Virus record (IMG/VR): IMGVR_UViG_2671180283_000027
Length of the DNA stretch: 32,641 bases
DNA from: a virus
Taxonomy: Duplodnaviria > Heunggongvirae > Uroviricota > Caudoviricetes
Direction: 5' to 3' (one strand)
Positions within the stretch are counted from its first letter, which is position 1. Each line of letters starts with the position of its first letter. Shown here piece by piece: positions 28,420 to 32,641 of this stretch. The notes below the pieces were generated by a model. The model did not search any database. It saw only the letters and a program-made list of their open reading frames with translations, and was not told the DNA's origin. The position numbers and the translations under genes were made by a program.

Positions 28420-28684
28420 ATGAGCCAAAAGCCTCTGAACAACGCCTGCTGAGTTGCTCAACCTGCGCGTTTAAATCAGCAAAAGACTTTGCGCTTCCGG
28501 TCAGAATATCGTGATGCATCAGGCCGGAAACGAGCTGGCTTAATTTCGGATAATAACCAACCACCGCCAGCCATTCCTGACCGGCGTTTTTACCGCTTTC
28601 CGCTCTCTTTTTCTCGTGGAGAATAAACTGAAAGCTGTCACTGGTAACGACATAACGTTCGCCAATTTCAATACGAATACTCAT
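28409..28684 (-). CDS. Hypothetical early-operon protein (91 aa)
   Basis: ATG start overlaps the stop of the upstream gene; sits in the B-to-A small-ORF block typical of P2-like phages. Confidence 0.6.
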   Translation of the reverse strand: MSIRIEIGERYVVTSDSFQFILHEKKRAESGKNAGQEWLAVVGYYPKLSQLVSGLMHHDILTGSAKSFADLNAQVEQLSRRCSEAFGSYGR

Positions 28685-28905
28685 GCCGTTCTCCGGTAAT
28701 GTTTGTTTTTTGCTTCAAAGACTGACTGGCAGGAAACACAACGCGTGGCTGACGGATAAGCCGCACGACGGGCAGCAGGTATTGGCGCGTCACACTCTTC
28801 GCAAACCAGCGCAGAAGCACCGCAATGTTTTACCCTTGCCGCGTTAATCTGACGCTCCAGTAATTCAGCCTGTTGTTCCTGAATAAAATCTACGTTGTCC
28901 GGCAT
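28681..28905 (-). CDS. TraR/DksA-family C4 zinc-finger protein (74 aa)
   Basis: CEECDAPIPAARRAAYPSATRCVSCQ...KHY closely parallels the TraR zinc-finger motif as I recall it. Confidence 0.75.
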   Translation of the reverse strand: MPDNVDFIQEQQAELLERQINAARVKHCGASALVCEECDAPIPAARRAAYPSATRCVSCQSVFEAKNKHYRRTA

Positions 28906-29207
28906 TACCAGCTCCTTTTGTCGTTAAGTTTTTTAAATTCATCAGCGCAATAGCTGGCAATTTCTGTCGTTAATTTCGTCAGTTCATCCACGGAGGAGAT
29001 TTGCTTGTGAAATACAGCACGTTTAACAAGTAAATTGACCACATCAGACAGGAGATTTAATTCGTTCTGATAAATCGCGATAACAGACTCAGTTATTTCG
29101 CGTTTTTCTTTATCAAGACCAAGTTGAATAAGAGATAGATCGCCATTTTTCATAACGGTGATTTTTAAGGCGTTATTCAGTAATACAACTGAACGAGAAC
29201 AGGACAT
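28905..29207 (-). CDS. AT-rich hypothetical protein (~100 aa)
   Basis: ATG at 29207 overlaps the upstream stop (TGATG); markedly lower G+C than neighbouring early genes; no recognisable motif. Confidence 0.55.
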   Translation of the reverse strand: MSCSRSVVLLNNALKITVMKNGDLSLIQLGLDKEKREITESVIAIYQNELNLLSDVVNLLVKRAVFHKQISSVDELTKLTTEIASYCADEFKKLNDKRSW

Positions 29208-29431
29208 CAAAGCACCTCCCCGCGAGACAATCCGATATTGTGAAATTTTTCCGACTCCTGACTGAGCAGCTCGACTATCTCTACGCGGGATAACTCCGCC
29301 TTTGTGATGTGGCGAATCATGGCGTCAAGATGAGAAGAAAAGCGCGTTGCTGCGTCGGCCTGTGCTTCGGTTCTGGCCTGTTGCAGCAGTAATGCGTATT
29401 TACCGCACTGATTTTCAGAAACTGTATGCAT
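29207..29431 (-). CDS. Hypothetical early-operon protein (74 aa)
   Basis: Start refined to ATG at 29431 with a GGAG ribosome-binding site (the ORF track starts at an upstream TTG); translationally coupled to the next gene. Confidence 0.55.
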   Translation of the reverse strand: MHTVSENQCGKYALLLQQARTEAQADAATRFSSHLDAMIRHITKAELSRVEIVELLSQESEKFHNIGLSRGEVL

Positions 29432-29494
29432 GACTTTCTCCAGGCAAAAAGAAGCCCCGCACAATTAAGTGCGTTAAAAACTCTGGTTAATTAC

Positions 29495-29995
29495 TTAATG
29501 CAGATATTGCTCTGGTTTTACCGACGTCAGAATTGTCGGTGCATACTCAAACAGGCTGAATAATTCACGTAATGCACGGAATAAGGCATCACGCCAGTAA
29601 CATGATTCTTCATTAATTCGCCAGTATGGCTGGTTGAATTCTTTTTCAGTCAATCCGGCATGCATAAATAAAGTACGGCGCTGACTGACAGTTAAAAAGC
29701 TAATATATGCATACTCACTTGCACCGACCTGACGGCGTTTTGAGAATGCCCCACGCAGTTCATCAATTGCACAAACCAGCCGTTCACGTTCGACGTCGTT
29801 CATTTCTTCAAAACGCATCGTTGCGTGACGCTGTTTTAACTGCGCATGGAAGCAAACCGTTAGCCGTTCGCGTTCCATCATCTGATTATAATAATCGCAT
29901 GTCTCCTGCCAGCGAGGGACGGCCAGATGCTTACCAATTATCCGGCGCATAGCTGCTGGCTGTTTTTCAACGAGATTGAGCGTCATCACTGTCAT
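29495..29995 (-). CDS. B: Replication protein gpB (166 aa)
   Basis: 166 aa as in P2 gpB; position between cox and A in the early operon. Confidence 0.75.
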   Translation of the reverse strand: MTVMTLNLVEKQPAAMRRIIGKHLAVPRWQETCDYYNQMMERERLTVCFHAQLKQRHATMRFEEMNDVERERLVCAIDELRGAFSKRRQVGASEYAYISFLTVSQRRTLFMHAGLTEKEFNQPYWRINEESCYWRDALFRALRELFSLFEYAPTILTSVKPEQYLH

Positions 29996-30162
29996 TTCCA
30001 GACCCTCCGGCTTTTCAGAAAGGTCAGAGCCTTTTTTAACGGACTCTGTTTTTTGGTGCGGATAATGATTCCCTTACGCCCCTTACCGTGGGTGATGGTA
30101 AAGTCAATCGCCCTGGGGCTTTCGTTACGCAATAACTGAGCAATACAACGAGGCTCATTCAT
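29992..30162 (-). CDS. Small basic hypothetical protein (56 aa)
   Basis: ATG at 30162 preceded by a strong AAGGAG ribosome-binding site; stop overlaps the B start (ATGA); lysine/arginine-rich C-terminus. Confidence 0.55.
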   Translation of the reverse strand: MNEPRCIAQLLRNESPRAIDFTITHGKGRKGIIIRTKKQSPLKKALTFLKSRRVWK

Positions 30163-30172
30163 ACGGTTCTCC

Positions 30173-30448
30173 TTAACGTGGTTCACCGAGACCTAACCAC
30201 ATCAACCAGCCGTCACGAATCTCTTTAGGACGGCTTTCATAAGCCAGTTTTAGTCCGTTATTCCATGCCGGAAGGTATACCCAATATTCACCAGCACGCC
30301 CCGATACTGACTGAGGGTCAGTAATCTCAATAACTGGTAATTTCCCTTTCTCAATCATGCCCCTTACAGCTCTTGGAGTTTTACCAATGAGTTTTGCAAA
30401 CTCCTGATAAGGCACGGCATCAGTCACGCTTACAAGCTGTCTATTCAT
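30173..30448 (-). CDS. cox: Cox (excision directionality factor and repressor of Pc, 91 aa)
   Basis: 91 aa; first gene of the early operon, divergent from C, as in P2. Confidence 0.8.
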   Translation of the reverse strand: MNRQLVSVTDAVPYQEFAKLIGKTPRAVRGMIEKGKLPVIEITDPQSVSGRAGEYWVYLPAWNNGLKLAYESRPKEIRDGWLMWLGLGEPR

Positions 30449-30462
30449 CTGCTACGATTCTC

Positions 30463-30492
30463 CCTTAGTGCTTCTAATGGCTCCTAATGGCT
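30463..30492. promoter_or_regulatory. Period-10 tandem repeats in the cox-C switch region; candidate C-repressor operators
   Basis: CCTTAGTGCT / TCTAATGGCT / CCTAATGGCT in direct tandem; P2 C repressor is known to bind direct repeats. Confidence 0.4.
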
Positions 30493-30569
30493 AATTATTG
30501 CCTAAAAGGATAACTCCAGAAGCACAACATTTCACACTATCAGCAAGAAATTACGCAATCGGAGTAATT

Positions 30570-30869
30570 ATGTCAATAGACGTTTCGGAGAAGTTGAAGC
30601 TAATCCGTGAATCTGAAAGGTTAAACCGTAAAGAATTCAGTGAATTAACTGGTGTAGCCTACAGCTCACTTTCGAGCTATGAGAGCCGGTCAAAAAACGC
30701 TGGAGTTGAAGCCATAATGAAGGTCTTACAACATCCCAGATTTACTAAATATACTTTGTGGTTCATGACTGATCAGGTAGCTCCAGAAGCCGGGCAAATT
30801 GCGCCCGCTCTCGCACACTTTGGGCAAAACGAAACAACGTCGCCCCACTCCGGTCAAAAGACTGGTTAA
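30570..30869 (+). CDS. C: Immunity repressor C (99 aa)
   Basis: Start refined to ATG at 30570 with a GGAG ribosome-binding site; C-terminus ...FTKYTLWFMTDQVAPEAGQIAPALAHFGQNETTSPHSGQKTG recognised as P2 C-like. Confidence 0.85.
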   Translation: MSIDVSEKLKLIRESERLNRKEFSELTGVAYSSLSSYESRSKNAGVEAIMKVLQHPRFTKYTLWFMTDQVAPEAGQIAPALAHFGQNETTSPHSGQKTG

Positions 30870-30984
30870 CAATTTATCGTGAATATATTCATCACAAGTG
30901 CCTACTATTGGTGGCTAAATTTCAGCCACCACGAAAAAAGCGATTAGTAGTAGCAAAAAAAAGTACCACTCGGAGGGTTTTCTG

Positions 30985-31998
30985 ATGGCAATCAAAAAAC
31001 TCGATGATGGTCGATATGAAGTGGACATCCGCCCTACTGGACGTAACGGAAAACGCATCCGTAGGAAGTTTGATAAGAAAAGCGAAGCTGTCGCTTTCGA
31101 AAAATACACGTTGTACAACCACCACAATAAAGAATGGCTATCAAAACCAACAGACAAACGACGTCTGTCGGAACTGACACAGATCTGGTGGGATTTAAAG
31201 GGTAAACACGAAGAGCATGGGAAATCTAATCTTGGAAAAATTGAAATCTTCACAAAAATAACGAATGACCCATGCGCATTTCAAATCACGAAATCCCTTA
31301 TCAGCCAGTACTGCGCCACCCGAAGAAGTCAGGGTATTAAACCTTCGAGTATCAATCGTGATTTAACATGTATTAGCGGCATGTTTACAGCCCTGATTGA
31401 AGCGGAGTTATTCTTTGGTGAGCACCCTATCAGAGGGACAAAGAGGCTTAAGGAGGAAAAACCAGAAACAGGCTATCTCACACAGGAAGAAATTGCCTTA
31501 CTGCTTGCAGCACTTGACGGCGACAATAAAAAGATTGCGATTCTTTGCCTGAGTACAGGAGCACGTTGGGGAGAAGCAGCTCGTTTGAAAGCAGAAAATA
31601 TCATCCATAACCGCGTCACGTTTGTTAAAACGAAAACAAACAAACCACGCACCGTCCCGATCTCAGAGGCTGTTGCCAAAATGATCGCGGATAACAAACG
31701 AGGTTTTTTATTCCCTGATGCTGATTACCCTCGCTTCAGACGAACAATGAAAGCAATAAAACCGGATTTGCCAACGGGGCAAGCCACACATGCACTAAGG
31801 CACAGCTTTGCCACTCATTTCATGATTAATGGAGGAAGTATTATCACGCTACAACGGATACTAGGTCACACGCGGATTGAGCAAACTATGGTTTACGCTC
31901 ATTTTGCGCCAGAGTACCTTCAGGACGCCATTTCTCTTAATCCGCTAAGAGGTGGTACTGAGGCCGAGAGTGTCCACACAGTGTCCACAGTAGAGTAA
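30985..31998 (+). CDS. int: Tyrosine integrase (P2 Int-like, 337 aa)
   Basis: 337 aa as in P2 Int; C-terminal R...HxxR...Y catalytic region (HALRHSFATHF ... TMVYAHF); next to attR. Confidence 0.9.
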   Translation: MAIKKLDDGRYEVDIRPTGRNGKRIRRKFDKKSEAVAFEKYTLYNHHNKEWLSKPTDKRRLSELTQIWWDLKGKHEEHGKSNLGKIEIFTKITNDPCAFQITKSLISQYCATRRSQGIKPSSINRDLTCISGMFTALIEAELFFGEHPIRGTKRLKEEKPETGYLTQEEIALLLAALDGDNKKIAILCLSTGARWGEAARLKAENIIHNRVTFVKTKTNKPRTVPISEAVAKMIADNKRGFLFPDADYPRFRRTMKAIKPDLPTGQATHALRHSFATHFMINGGSIITLQRILGHTRIEQTMVYAHFAPEYLQDAISLNPLRGGTEAESVHTVSTVE

Positions 31999-32077
31999 CG
32001 TTTAAGGGCTTTCAGTGGTAATTTATGCCGCTCAAACCCGCATTGTACCGTTGAAAGCCCCTACTGGTGACACCCTA

Positions 32078-32104
32078 AATCTCCCTTACACGGGCTTATT
32101 TTTT
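32078..32104. other. attR core (27 bp)
   Basis: Exact repeat of the attL core at 1507-1533. Confidence 0.75.
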
Positions 32105-32263
32105 TATGCATAAGCCCTATCTCTGGTAACCGTCTTCCATTGACCACATCGATAGAATCCTCCTTCATAGCACGATGCCTTTCACTTATCGGCATCGTGC
32201 TCCCACAGGTTCCGGCTACGCACAGCCAGAACGCGCATATTTGACGCTTACCAAAAAATATTC

Positions 32264-32581
32264 TCACTCTCCACATTTGAATGTCAGACGAGCGACACCA
32301 TGTAATCCTACACCTTCTGTCTTCAGCTCAACTATTTGCATTTTTTTGCCCTGAGTAACACAGAAATGAGTTGCATCATTTTTTACTATATTTTCTGCAC
32401 CAGATATTCTACCCCTGGCTAAAGAAGCTTCGGCTTCGGTGTAGTATTGGTTATCGAGTTTACGCTGAATATTACTTTTATATGCAAGACCAAATTTACC
32501 GATACTTGTCTCATCATTATGCACAGCACAACCAGACATAATAAAAATACTAATTAATGATATAGCAGCTATCTTTTTCAT
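32264..32581 (-). CDS. yegR: Small AT-rich lipoprotein (105 aa), probably the yegR homologue
   Basis: Start at the internal ATG with a GAAGGTGAG ribosome-binding site; signal peptide MKKIAAISLISIFIMSGC with lipobox; 105 aa and location beyond the cyaR-linked prophage as for yegR in K-12; identity recalled, not searched. Confidence 0.55.
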   Translation of the reverse strand: MKKIAAISLISIFIMSGCAVHNDETSIGKFGLAYKSNIQRKLDNQYYTEAEASLARGRISGAENIVKNDATHFCVTQGKKMQIVELKTEGVGLHGVARLTFKCGE

Positions 32582-32641
32582 CTCACCTTCCCCCATTAAA
32601 TACCAACGACACTCTCTAGTGTTTAAATATAATAATGGCAT

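Larger units (their letters stand above)
1507..32104. mobile_element. Complete P2-like (Peduovirus-type) temperate prophage, ~30.6 kb
   Basis: Flanking 27-bp direct repeats; P2-like gene order and protein sizes; tyrosine integrase next to attR; cos site between Q and the cargo gene. Confidence 0.9.

Noticed and set aside
30915-31253. 112-aa minus-strand ORF overlapping the integrase start
   Set aside because: Antisense to the integrase, no ribosome-binding site, no recognisable features
1-32641. CRISPR arrays, tRNA or rRNA genes, insertion sequences
   Set aside because: No regularly spaced short direct repeats, no cloverleaf-compatible tRNA-like segments and no transposase-like ORFs found on reading; the only RNA gene is cyaR

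Overview
This window is the left junction of an Enterobacteriaceae (E. coli-like) chromosome, yegQ plus the CRP-dependent sRNA gene cyaR, followed by a complete ~30.6 kb P2-like (Peduovirus-type) prophage inserted in the 3' end of cyaR, and then a yegR-like lipoprotein gene. The prophage is bounded by a 27-bp direct repeat (attL 1507-1533, attR 32078-32104). Reading from attL, gene order is ogr-D-U-T-E/E'-FII-FI, an accessory insert, tail fibre assembly-H-I-J-W-V-S-R-lysC/lysB/lysA-K-Y-X-L-M-N-O on the minus strand, then P-Q on the plus strand, cos, a cargo gene, A, small early-operon ORFs, B, cox, and finally C and int on the plus strand. All calls rest on reading the translated ORFs, recalled P2 protein sizes and sequences, and motifs visible in the DNA; no database search was run. 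Two accessory regions stand out. (1) Between cos and replication gene A lies an AT-rich single-gene island encoding a 783-aa Rad50/SMC-like ABC ATPase with a CxxC coiled-coil insert and a ~140-aa C-terminal domain; this is the main candidate for a new or poorly described anti-phage defence gene (RloC/PrrC-like anticodon nuclease is my best guess). (2) Between the tail fibre assembly gene and FI there is a serine invertase with a silent alternative tail-fibre C-terminal cassette, ~265-bp inverted repeats and hix/gix-like crossover sites. Other points: the E/E' -1 frameshift site, nested spanin genes, an AT-rich small ORF in the early operon, and a relic of an older prophage end beyond attR. The many antisense ORFs in the six-frame track are shadow ORFs.
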